Assembly (NCBI GenBank): GCA_037447605.1
Contig: CM074804.1
Span: 7,479,909 to 7,543,908 of the forward strand
Source of the DNA: Zygnema circumcarinatum SAG 698-1b
Taxonomy: Eukaryota > Plantae > Zygnematophyceae
DNA length: 64,000 nucleotides
Direction of reading: 5' to 3'
Notes under the pieces: model-generated
Told to the model about the DNA's origin: nothing
Seen by the model: the letters and a program-made list of their open reading frames with translations, nothing else
Databases searched by the model: none
In this document: in pieces, positions 48,853 through 60,600 of the stretch
Layout of the letters: every line of letters begins with the position of its first letter
Position numbering within the stretch: the stretch's first letter is position 1
Made by a program: the position numbers and the translations under genes

Positions 48853-51800
48853 ATGGCGGCCCTCACAGCTCCGCTTGCCGTACAGCGTACAGCTCTCAGT
48901 GATGGCCGGGATTCTCGAAAAAAAGCTGGCTTTAGCGCAGGCAGGGATGCCACTGCGGGCTCAATTCAGCTGCATTCGAGTTCATATTGCGCATTCTATG
49001 GAAGTTCCAGGTGGAGGCAGCACTCGACAGGCTGTCGAGATATTGACTGTTTTTCATGCGCAGTTTTCGTCAATCAGTCGTGCATATTTGTCGATCGAAG
49101 ATTGACACGGAGTTTCAGAGCGATGGGAGGAATATCTCTTAGGTATTGGAACATAACTGATAGTGACAAAAGTAAGGCTTCGCAGCTTTCTCGTGCTGGC
49201 GCTTGGCATTCATCCGCAAGGTGCCCATTATATAGCACGGAGCAGGGGAGAAGAAGGAAATCAACTGTGGTCCAGGCAAAAAGCGATGATACGTCGTACT
49301 TAACTATGTGGAAGCGTGCACGGGAAAGTGAGGAACGGGAGAGAAAGGAGAGAGAGGCAGCATTTGCACGAGAAGAGGAGGAACGGCGAGCAGCGCTGGC
49401 AGAATCCGCAGCCATGGCACGAATGCAAGAGAAGTTCTCGTCTATTCTAGAGGTGACGGCATTCAGCTGCTCGTTTTCCTTTTTGAACCTTTTTATAAAA
49501 AAGTGCAAGTTGTTCACAAGTTTGAATCTTGACTTAAGATAATATATTGACAGTAGTCTTCGTGCTGAAAGGTAAACAAGATTCTTTTCGGAAGTGAGGA
49601 GGTTAAACTTGGACGCATGTCGTGATCTGATTATAATCTTGACAATTGTCTCCTATGCCACGCGTAGCGATGGTTTCCCAGTGTGTACAACAAAAATGCT
49701 TTTTTCTTACATTTCTCTTCTCAGCATGAAAGGCAATTTGAGGCTTTTGCTAGTAGTGCCATGTCTGTCACATTTTTTGTTTTTTTGTTGCTTGCTGGCT
49801 TTCTATCCCCTTACCTTGCCTTGTCAAATTTCTCCTTCTTTGATCCGATAATCGTTTCGTCTACAGCCTGGTCATGTGCCACATCGGCTATCGCCCACTT
49901 TTTATTGCTCGCTGACTTTCTCCTCTTCAATCCTTTCCCTCTCTGTGCCTCTTCTCCCCCTTAGTCCTTCGATTGGCTTCCCTCCATCACCTCCCATCTT
50001 TCATCAATCCTCCGCTGCATGCCCTTCCCCTCTCAATCATCACTCCTTGTGCCATCTTTTTGCCAGTTTTAGAAGGTCATACACCCTTCTCCGGTAGCTT
50101 CTTTTCAGGACCTTTTCACTAGGCAACCGATTGACGTCTTCCGGCATGGCTGTGAGGCAGGTTTCAGATGAGGAGAGGCGGATAGTGGAAAGGCAGGCGA
50201 TTGTGGACCGTGCTGCTGCTGCTCTCGCTGCTGTGGAAGCCGTGCTTGCAGATGCCGATAGCAAGCGTTTGCTTCGGCAGGCAGAGCGTGGCCGGCCGGC
50301 CGTTGAAGGATGGGGAGGGGGGCAGAAGCTGGCTGTTCGTACCAGGAATGAGCCGATTACAGGGCCTACAGTTAGTAAGTTACTTTCATCACCTGCAGGA
50401 CTCGCTTCAGATCAACAAAACAGTGCTGGCGGACAGATCAACGAGAATAGCGTTCCAGGCTGCACAGAGTTTAAATTCTTGAAGGAAGATAATGAAGGTT
50501 TCAACTATATAACTTCATGATTGCAAATCTTGTTCAAAATCATTTTCATTTTGACGCCTTTTCCTGGGGGCGAGCAGGTCTAGCTTCGTCAACCAAGAAG
50601 AGGCCATCGTCGAAAACTTACAATGGAGAGAACGGGCTTGGTAGTCAGTCAGAACCAGATCGTACACTTGGAGAGAATGCGACTCCTGGTCCTGACTTTT
50701 GGGCGTGGGCCCCGCCGCCTCTTCAGCAGGAAACCAATGGACGTGTTTCAAGTGAACCTGCCCCTAAACTGAAAAGATCAATATCTCCAAAGGCAGAACC
50801 GACAGTTCCCTTTTTGGACCTAGACATTAGTCCTAAGGGCGGAAGTCTGGACCTTCCAAGGGAGGGAGAGCTTGCGACAACTGATATATCCTCGTTTCTC
50901 CAATCCAGAGCTGTTCCTTCTCTACCTCCACTACAGTCATTGCTGGAAGTCCAAGAGAAATCAGAGGTGGTACGGAAGGCAGAGACTCAAATGGAATGGA
51001 CAAGTGTGCAAGTCCCAGATCTGGAGGACGACAACGTTTCCATAAACAAAGAAGTTGAGCAAGGGAAGGAGAGTGGAATGAATGCAGATGGCTCGAGGTG
51101 GTGGAAGGAGACGGGAGTGGAAGAGAGAGCAAACGGGGAAGTGTGTCGATGGACAGTTGTCAGGGGAGTAAGTGCAGATGGGTCCAGAGAGTGGGAGGAG
51201 AAATGGTGGGAGACAACGGATCAGTTTGATTACAAAGAGCTTGGAGCTGAGAAGTCAGGACGGGATGCAACAGGCGGAGTTTGGAGGGAGACATGGCGTG
51301 AGGCGATGTGGCAGGTACAAATGACTGTAGGTTGTTACTCTTTGAGTATCTACTTGTAACGAATTTGCTTTAACTTCTCAGACTCGCTTTCGCTAGTTGT
51401 TGTGGAGTGTAATTAAGGAAAGGACGTTCGAAGTGATGACTTGGCCATCACACAAAGCTTCTCGATACCTGAAGCTCTGTGATTTATTGAAACAAAAGTG
51501 TCAATAGCGTACAGATTGTGAGCTTATGTGTCATGTCATACGGCATGTAGCATGCAGGGCAGCAAAATCCTAGAAATTTTGCTCAGTTAAGTTGGTCAGC
51601 TTCTTCTTACTTACGACTATCTAGCAGATTTACCACACCACCTTTATTTCTTCCGTTTTGTCCCGTAAAGCCTCACAATGGCAGAACTGTCATCTCAAAC
51701 TTGCTACCGGCTCTCAGCCTTGCCACGGTACTGCATGGTGTGCTGTGGATTCAGGATGCAAAGAATGGACTCCCCCACATTGAGAAGAGTGCGGACAAAT

Positions 51801-52775
51801 GGGCTCGTAACGGGAGCGGAGGCGAGTGGCATGAGAAGTGGTGGGAGCATTATGATGCGATAGGCCTTGCAGAGAAGTGGGCGGACAAGTGGAGCAAGAT
51901 TGACCTCTCCACACAGCTTGAGCCCGGCCATGCACATGTTTGGCATGAGAGGTACCTCGCTGCAAACTCTAAAGGCTTTGGACTGCATGCTGTTGTCGTG
52001 GGTCAGAAAGAGGGATTGACAGAAAATTGGATGCTCAGCTGACAAGCGTGGATAGCTAAGGTTTTCAATCTCAAGGCCGTTGATTTTGAGAACTTCGAGT
52101 GGTCCACTGTTCTTGGGGAGATGGTCTCTTGGTATCTTTGATATTGTTGCTTGTTTTCCTTTGCTTGACCTTTATTGAGCCAAGATTTTATCATACTGAA
52201 TGCTCCAGGACCATGTACTTCATGAGGTTGTCTGTTGACTCCATCATCTCAGACCTTGGTATGCACGCCAGGTCTGATGCAACTGCCGCAATAGTGAACC
52301 CACGCACTCGTTAACTTAAACTGTCTCACATCCTCTGTCCACACCTAACTGTCTCACATCCTCTGTCCACGCCTGCTTCCTCAGGTGGGGCGAAGAGTAT
52401 GACGGGAAGGGCAGCGCCATGAAGTACACAGACAAGTGGGCTGAGAGATATGAGGGGGACGGAACGTGGACCAAGTGGGGAGACAAATGGGACGAGCGCT
52501 TTGACCGCAATGCATGCGGGCGCAAGGGCGGGGAGACGTGGTGGGAGGGAGGCTCAGGGGAGCGCTGGAATCGAACTTGGGGGGAGGACCACAACAACTC
52601 TGGTTGGGTCCACAAGTACGGCCAGGCCAGCAGTGGGGAGCACTGGGACACCTCGGAGCCCATGGACACTTGGTATGAGAAGAAGCCTCACTATGGCTTC
52701 AAGGAGTGTTTCGATCACTCAAGGCGGCTCCGAGAAGTGGGGAGGAAGGAGAACACTCGGAAGCGGACTCTGTGA
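48853..52775 (+). CDS. LESV: LIKE EARLY STARVATION (ESV1/LESV family), Trp-rich starch-binding plastid protein
   Basis: Exons ~48853-49452, 50161-50498, ~50578-51314, 51755-51951, 52385-52775. SYLTMWKRA, VDRAAAAL and PGPDFWAWAPP, then Trp-rich WEEKWWE..KELGAEKSG..WHEKWWEHY..KYTDKWAE..KWGDKWDE..GETWW. The long N-terminal helical part favours LESV over ESV1. Confidence 0.92.
52319..52374. repeat. 28-bp tandem duplication in the last LESV intron, next to the acceptor
   Basis: AACTGTCTCACATCCTCTGTCCAC(A/G)CCT occurs twice head to tail. Confidence 0.85.
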
Positions 52776-53407
52776 AGGTGAAGGGGAAGCTCAGAGACTT
52801 CTGCTTGAATTGTTTGTTGAGGCTTATTTCCATTGGTAGCTTTTTCCGTAGGTAAGCGAAGGCTTCGTCTTGGCGGTTCCAGTTTCTTGTAAAATAACAT
52901 TTAGAAAGTAGAGTTGGAGGCGACGGCGGTTTCTAAAGTGTTATTTGATGCGCATGTATGGCACTCACGCATGGCCATGTATGTACATATGTAGTACGGT
53001 CGTGCCATTTTAAATAACATAGCAGCAGCTTGATCGAATCTGAATTCTTCACTTTTTGCCTTCAGATGATAGCCGTCTGGAGAATTGCATGTATTTGCAG
53101 TCATCTGGAACTGAATGACCAATAGTCGATCAAAAAGGTGTTCCAAAATTTCCGGACTTTTGGGGTCAAGATGTGATGATACTCAGTTTAAGAACTATGG
53201 CTTGATCCTCAACGACTAAGGCTTGTTAACCTGATTAAAAGGGGAATAATTTCACTTTTTCAACTGTTGGTCGCCGTTTCCCCTTCCTCGCTTTCAACAA
53301 AGGAGTTTAATACCACCGTCAGGGGAACACAATGTAACCAATCCCTTTTAAAGAGCACATGAACCATCAACATTTCGTTCCTAATGCGAACTCTGGACTG
53401 CTCTGAT

Positions 53408-54988
53408 CTACTTCAAGGAGGAGGCACTGTTCTCTGGGGGGCTGCCTGTCTGCCCCAGAGAAGTATTGAGAGGGCGAGTTTTGGAGCGTTTGAAGGGGCG
53501 CATGCTCTGCACCAAATAGGAGAGGCCCTGCACCACGTGGGCACGGCTGAAGGGGACGCCAGTCTTGGCGAGGGCAGTGCCGTGCGAGTCAAGCAGCACA
53601 AAGCAGGGCACGTATTGGATGTCGTAATGAGTCACCTGCGAAAAGAGGAACCAACAACGGTTGGCAGGCCACATCTCAGACTTGAGCAAGCCACAACTTG
53701 GAAAACTAAAGTTCAGTTTGGCATCTATATAGCGAAGAAAAGGGTGGGAGGAGGAGGGAAGCGGATTCACCTCTGGCATCCATCGGGGATTCTCGACATC
53801 AGCCTTCACAATGTTGAGCCAGTCCCCCTCATGCAGCTCTACCTTTTGCAGAAGGCGCTCTAAGGAGCGGCAAAGCCGGCATCGACGTGAATAGAATTCC
53901 AGAATAGTGGCACGCTTTGCTGAGGCCAAAGCTGCAGCGAACATTCTTTCTTCATACTCCGCCTGCTTATCGCACACCCCAATACACGGAGCAATCTGAA
54001 TCAATAAGTGAAAACAGGAAACCCCTAATTTGTTTAAAAGAGCCAGCTGAGACTTCCATCATCTACAAGCCACTTTATGCCAATGCTTGGAATCTGTCAA
54101 GAGCCTACGGGTCACAAATGCACTCTAATGGCGATGCCTACATAAGCTACTTTCTTCTACTAAGTTCTTGTTTTATGACTATTCATACTGCGATGCTTTG
54201 AGAAAACAAAAGTCAGATTTGAGAGTTCAGTTTCACATGATAACCAAGGCTGAATCAATCACCTGATCCACAGATGAAAATTTCCCGCTCCCCATCCTCC
54301 GTCCCTCCCCTCCCCATGGACGCTCATCAAAATCGAAGCCTCTCAGGTTTGCCAGCCATTTCTTCACAGACTTGAAGCTCCCATTAACGCCTGTCTCCCG
54401 ACTAGTCTCTTTCTCACCTTCCAGCTTCTGGCCGCTGCCTTCAAACAATCCTTCCCTTGCACCTTGGCCTATACCTTTCTCTCCCACTTGTGCCACGGCT
54501 CCACCCCCCTCCTCTCCTCCCCCGAAGAGACCATTTGCTACAACCAGATGCCCAAAGGGCAGAGCCAGCTGATGCCTCCTCCCCCCGCTTCTCTTGTCCA
54601 ATTCACTCTGTTCGCGACTGCTCCACCACCTGTGTCTCTCTGATTCCCTTCCAGAGAGCTCCTCCTTTCCGAAGCTCTCATTGCTTATGCCTTTCCCTGA
54701 GGCCTGGTCAGCCAGCGGCAGCCCTTTTATCGCTCTGGAGCTTATGCGAGCACCAAAATTGATGGTTTGTTTCAAGGTTGCCGCGACTTTCAATACATCA
54801 AAGCTGCAACCAGAGGACCCTCCAAGGGCCGACGTAGCTCTGCTTCCTGATGGAGACGACAAGGCATCGCAAAGCCATTGCCCACTCAAAGCGTTTTGAA
54901 AATGGCTGGCGACCCACGGTATGTCCAAGGAAGGCAGATGGCCATGGCTTCCTCCAGGATGTGGTTGAGCCTGGTTTGAGTCAGCCAT
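53408..54988 (-). CDS. Thioredoxin-like protein with atypical CRLC active site (At3g53220-like) and long N-terminal extension
   Basis: Minus-strand exons 54988-54263, 53962-53771, 53635-53408. [45 protein letters not shown] is a thioredoxin fold with the cis-Pro motif. Confidence 0.88.
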
Positions 54989-55347
54989 GACCTACTCTCT
55001 GCTCATCAATCCTCCTTCAGAATTGAAGACAGCAGGATAATAATATAACTGCGGTGCTCAGCTTGTTAATACCACATCCGCAACCTGAATCTCCTGAACC
55101 TGCATAAGAATAGCTTAAAATATGGCAGGGCAACCCAAAACACACGCTCCCAGTGACATGAGTGCGAACTTCAGAGTCAAGAATTGACTGGGAGGAAGCG
55201 GTTCAAAAAAAAAAGAGGCGAAATCCGTCCAATAACGACTCGCCACGTAAGAAAACTGGACACGTGGCGGACAGACATTGGAGGATGTTTGCCTGCATCT
55301 TCTCTGAAACTTGCTCTCAAGCAGCTTGTGAAGAGAGCAGGGAAGCC

Positions 55348-56356
55348 ATGGCGGCGTTGCAGCGGAGGAGAGGGAACAAGTTTTTGCGCTTCGGTGCGCC
55401 CCTGGTGGCCATGGTCGTGCTCGGATATGGAGGCATGGCGCACCTGCTGCAGGGAAGGTGAGGAGCTGGCTTCAAACGGTTTGGGTGGAGGGAGGGAGGG
55501 AGGGAGAGAGGGTCAAGTTATGTCAAGGGATGCTTGTTGAAAGAGAATCAAATGAGAGCATGTCTCACTTTTCCGCGCTTTCCAAGGTGAAGCTGCCTCC
55601 TGCAGAGACATTTTTAGAGAATTCCTCATAGCTACCTCTCGATTGCGGCTGTCACGCTTTTGACAGAAGAAAGAGAAGCGAAAGCGGAAGGAAAAAATGT
55701 CGTCTTCGATTCAATCTAGGAAAATGAATACTTTTTGTGCAGTCCTTTTTGTCCATTTCAAAGAAGGGATCATGAACCTACAAGTTGGTTTTACGTATAC
55801 TTTTGCATAGGATTGACTTGTCGACTTCCCTTCCTCTCTCTACGGGAAGACTGAAGGGATACCGCAACTTGCCACACATTTGTTTGCACTGAAACGCCGC
55901 AGGCGTGAGCTACAACAGGCAAAGGACGATGAGGATTGGGCAAATCTGCATGCCACAAGGGCTCTCTCCAAGGAAGGGCCTCTTCAGGGAGCTACACCCA
56001 GGCCAAAGTTGAACCTGGAGGAGGAGCTGAAGGTAAGCACTTATGTGTCATTTTTCCACACCTTCCAGGTTTTCCAGGCTTTCTCTAGCACCTAGGAGAT
56101 CGTGCAACTTAGGCCTTCTCTAGGAGTGGTGGAAAAGGATTCACGATAGGCCTTTGTTTGTAAAGTGAGACATCTCCCTATTTTAGTTGAGGCTGCACAC
56201 TGAGCAATTAAATTGCAGGAAGGCGACGCTGTTGAGTGAATCGCATCACTTGTTTTTGTGGCGTTTGGGGGGGAATTGCAGAATCTCAAGGAGAAAGTGA
56301 ATATTGACGACTTTGAATATAAGCCTGTGCCAAAATTGAAGTCCTCTTCGAAGTAG
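55348..56356 (+). CDS. COX16: Cytochrome c oxidase assembly protein COX16
   Basis: Exons 55348-55457, 55903-56032, 56282-56356 give FLRFGAPLVAMVVLGYGGMAHLLQGR..KDDEDW..RALSKEGP..LEEELKNLKEKVNIDDFEYKPVPK, matching the plant COX16 pattern. Confidence 0.9.
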
Positions 56357-57660
56357 ACTTAGGTCAATACGCATAAGCAGTTGCTTCAGCTTTCTTCTTG
56401 TATGTAGGTCAACACTTCTAGTTGACAAACCCCAGAAACGCTGTTCGTAGTTGCAGTTTTTGACAATGGAGGTCCCCTCAAGCGGCAGTTTTTCTCAAGT
56501 CCGTATGCAATACTCTGGAGCCTGTCAATTACGTAGTATGTACATGATCGGGCGAAGAGGATACTGGAGGTTGGCGTATTGTCGATTGTGAAGTGATAAT
56601 CTAGAGATTTGAAGAACAAGGCGAGACAGAATATCATCAGGAGTGGAGTTCAATCCACTTCACCAGTGAGTTGAATTTTCATTCCCAACCTCAAAGTCCT
56701 TCTTCACACGCAAAACTGCAATCGCTTTATGGTGATGTACTTCTGGAACCCAGATCAATACTCAACATGGAACAGAACTTCAAAGTGTTTGCGTGTTATT
56801 ATCTCCTTTATATCTAGGTAACACGAGTGTTATTGGTGAATGCAGGGAAAAACTGAACGACATGCTGCTATTGAAAGCTTAGTTGAACCCGCGAGAACTT
56901 GTGAGTTCTCAAATGTGTGGGAAAGATGAAGGTGTGGCAACCACGTTTGTCTGTGCACATGCATTATCTGAGGCCTGCGATGGCATCTAGTTAAAGTATG
57001 TAAAGAACAGAAATAGCCAGCCATCCTTGAAGGATTCGAAAGGAGATAGTCGATGGAAGCTTACTGGGTCAAGTCCTGTAGAGACTCTTTCAGTTCGCTT
57101 CAAGAGGTAAACTCATTTGTTGACGATTTGTTGAATAAAGTATCATCGTTGCAAGCCTCTCCATGTGTTTGTTTTTTGTTTCAATCATGCTCTTGATGTG
57201 TGGGCGACTTCGCACCGAAGGTGACAGACTTTCATGCGCAGTTGTATGCATGCTTGGAGAAAACCATTCACCGACAGATCCTTTGGACAAGAAGTGAAAC
57301 AGTTTTGCTATCGAACAGTTAAGAGTGCTACTGACGATGTGCGGGGTTTGAAGGAGAGCTTTGAGAGAGGCTGAACGTGAGAGGGCAATTACAATACACT
57401 GAATCTCAGAATCAGAACACACCACTCCAGTGCTGACCTGGGCCTCTCCTTTCACTGCTTTATGCCTCTCCAGTAACTCATCTTCTCCAACGCTGACATT
57501 ACTTTACAAAAACAAACGCCTCAGCAAATTTTTACCTTTTTTACAGCCCAATTTCCACAACCCTTGGAAGCAAGTTTCATCCATTGGCCATGTTCCGCAC
57601 TTCACAGCGTTTCTGATCCCCTTTTGGTACATAACTATACCCTGTACAGTATATAACACT

Positions 57661-60600
57661 TCACGAAGCTTTCTTCGTTTTGGGCCCCTTCTCCTTCTTC
57701 TTGGGGCCGTGCGCATGCAGCCTTTCTGCCAGTTGGCACGGATACAGAGTGTGGCGGTTGAACGCTCTTACACACATGTAGCCTGCAACGCGCACACCAC
57801 AGAACACGTTAGGGATGCAACACAACAAAGCAAAATTGAAAATCCTATCGGAGCTCTATCTTTTGGTATCGAAATGGGAGAAATTCATCTGTTATATTCT
57901 TTAAGCTTAAGCTGATTTCTCAGTCATCGAGCTTTCATCACCTGCAACTTTCAATGTCCGCACTTCAAGTTCTAAGAATGACTGTAAGTGAGAGCGGATA
58001 AGGAGATGAGCTTAGAAAAGAAAAAAGACACTCTTAAACCGAACACTTGCATCAATTTCTTTACAAATGACATGCAAAAGTTTTCTGCTTACCGTGCCAG
58101 AAGACAGCCCTAATTTCCATCATGTTCAGGCCTGCAAAGCGAAAGAAGCATGGACGGGAGATTGGAACCAAAGAGAGAAGAGAAGTACAAACTCATAGAC
58201 GCCACCCTCCCCCCTCGAGATGAGAAACAGCTCCTCTTTATGTGCCTTCATGCTCCCAGCAGTCATGGCTACTCTCGTGAGAATTGAACCCTAAAAACTT
58301 CACCTCGAGTGATGGCGTGGGTGGATGATCCAAAGAACACAAAGCGTCTTCGGAGGTTCCAAAGAAGCACTCGCGGAACCTCCATTGGTTCGTGACTCGT
58401 TTCATGGTCGGCAAAAACCTGCAAAGTTTTCAAGCTTCCAGTTTCAATCTGAGTGGCTGAGCGAGCATTTCCGGCTTCACAAGTGGATAGAGGCGCTTTT
58501 CAGGACCAGTTAAGAAATTCGCGAGGGTTCGAATGCAAGATCGTGCGAGCTTTTGGAGGTTAAGAAGGTGCCAACAGGTAGGCTCTCAGTTAACAAAAAA
58601 AGAAAAAGGGAAAGTGTTCCACTTTCATTTGACAAACTCGACCTTCCATAAACATCAATCTTGCTTTCGTTTGTAAAACCTTAGACTAATGTTCCGTATA
58701 AAAACGAATTCTAAAAGGGTTGAAAGTTCCTGAAAGAAAAAAAGTCGACGTCTATCAATTTGACAGCCTTTTCCAAGGTTCATCATCACGTTTCTTGTTA
58801 AGCCTTTGAGCATCTATAAGCATAAGGGACTTGCAGAAAGGAGCAGAGTTACAGCAATTGGTCCAGCCAGGAATTGAACCCGGGACCTATGGTAGCGAGC
58901 CATAGTGCGTTGCCACTACAACACTGGCCCCAGGAAAAGTTCAAGAGTGTTCTAAAACCTCCTAAGTCTTTAAGGCTCTCTAATTCTAAGAAAGAAAAAG
59001 GGAAGAAGGGGAGGGAGTTTCTTAGGGGGGAATGAAGTCACCTCGTTTGTTTGGAAGTACGTGCCGTTAAGCGGAAAGGACTTTTCCATGGCTGTGCGGC
59101 AACCAAACTGCACATGGAAACCCTCCCATCGTCATGCAACTCAGCAAATTGGAACTCTTTGTGGGCCATAATGGAAGCAGTTCCATGCTGTTCCACCATT
59201 CCAATACAAAAATACTGCTGATCTCTAAGTGAAGTGAAGTATAAAACTGCACATATTTTACTTATGTGAAGTGTTGCACGTGTTACTTTTGCGATATAGC
59301 TGAGATGATTCAAAAATGGAAACGGACGTTTTTATTTATTTTTTATTTTTATTTTTTTTATCTACAGAGGTCCTTACCAGCCAAGTTCCTTTCACGTTCC
59401 GCTCTCCTTCACTACTTTCCCAGTTTGCCTCCATGTTCACATCTGGATTCTCTGAAACCGGTTTCCCATGTTCATCGACGGCTGGGATCTTCTGAGGAAC
59501 TTCACCTGGAAGCAGTACAACACAACAAAGCAGAGCAGGAGGAGATGTGGGACCCACCCTAAAACATAGTAGAGAGCAGTTTTCAACCCATGCAAAAACC
59601 TGTCCTGAAAATCTCCCAAGTCGGTGGAATTGATTAACCAGAAAGAAGCATTCTTGGCCGCACTATCTTCAATTCCTTCCCATTGCAGTTTGATTTTACG
59701 AACCCTAAAACTGACATACTGATGAGCCTACCAGGCTGCCAAATGGCGAGCAGATACGGGCAGGGATCATCGGAGACTCGAAGAGGCAGCTGTCATACAC
59801 GTGTCATGGCCACACCACCCCGTCAGAGAGAGGCAGCGAGAGAGGGAGGGAGGGAGGGAGGGAGGGAAGGAGGGAGAGGAGGGGGGAGTAGTCCTAAAGC
59901 AATACAATCTTAAAAACCACTCGTGGAAGTAGCCAGTTTTTTTTCTGTTTGAATAGTTTTTGAGGATAACTCACTCCTTTCACCAGTGGGGAGTGATCTG
60001 GCACCTCATATCTGTCAGCCAGTGGAACAGAACAGGGACACGTGTCAGCTGGAAAAGTGACTTGCAGTTGAATGGAGCCTCACTGCACTTTTGGCAGCAT
60101 TCGAAGTGCTCAAAGACACGTTCTGTATGGGACAGTTTAGGGTTTTCAAAAGCTTACACGTAATGTACTGTACGGAGACGCTCCACATGCTTCAGTTTCG
60201 GGTGGGAGTGACTGCCAACATGGTCAGGAACTAGGACCAAAGATCTTGCACTTTCTCTCCCTCCAAAACCTCTCTCTTCTCTCTCTCTCTCTGCATTGAA
60301 AGGGAGCTTGCAAGGAGGGCCCTCCTCATGTAAGCCTCTTTCACATTTGCTATCTCCACTGGCATCCTCTATCTCACATGATCGAACTTCAAGAGTAGCT
60401 ACATTCTGACTTCGCTCAGTTTGAAGCCTCTCAGTAACAATTGTCTCCACATTATGGTCACTGACATCGCTGTTGTCAACTTCCTGAATGCCAATTGGCT
60501 GGTCTACCCACCCTCCTTCTCCAGAGTTTGTACGGAAACAGTCAAAATCTAGAGTTTCCTGACAGTCCGAAAGGCACGGACTTTCAGGTTCTTCTACGAT

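Noticed and set aside
59437-59619. Small membrane-protein-like ORF MGDFQDRFLHG..
   Set aside because: It starts at TTG and is DML intron sequence running out of frame into a DML exon.
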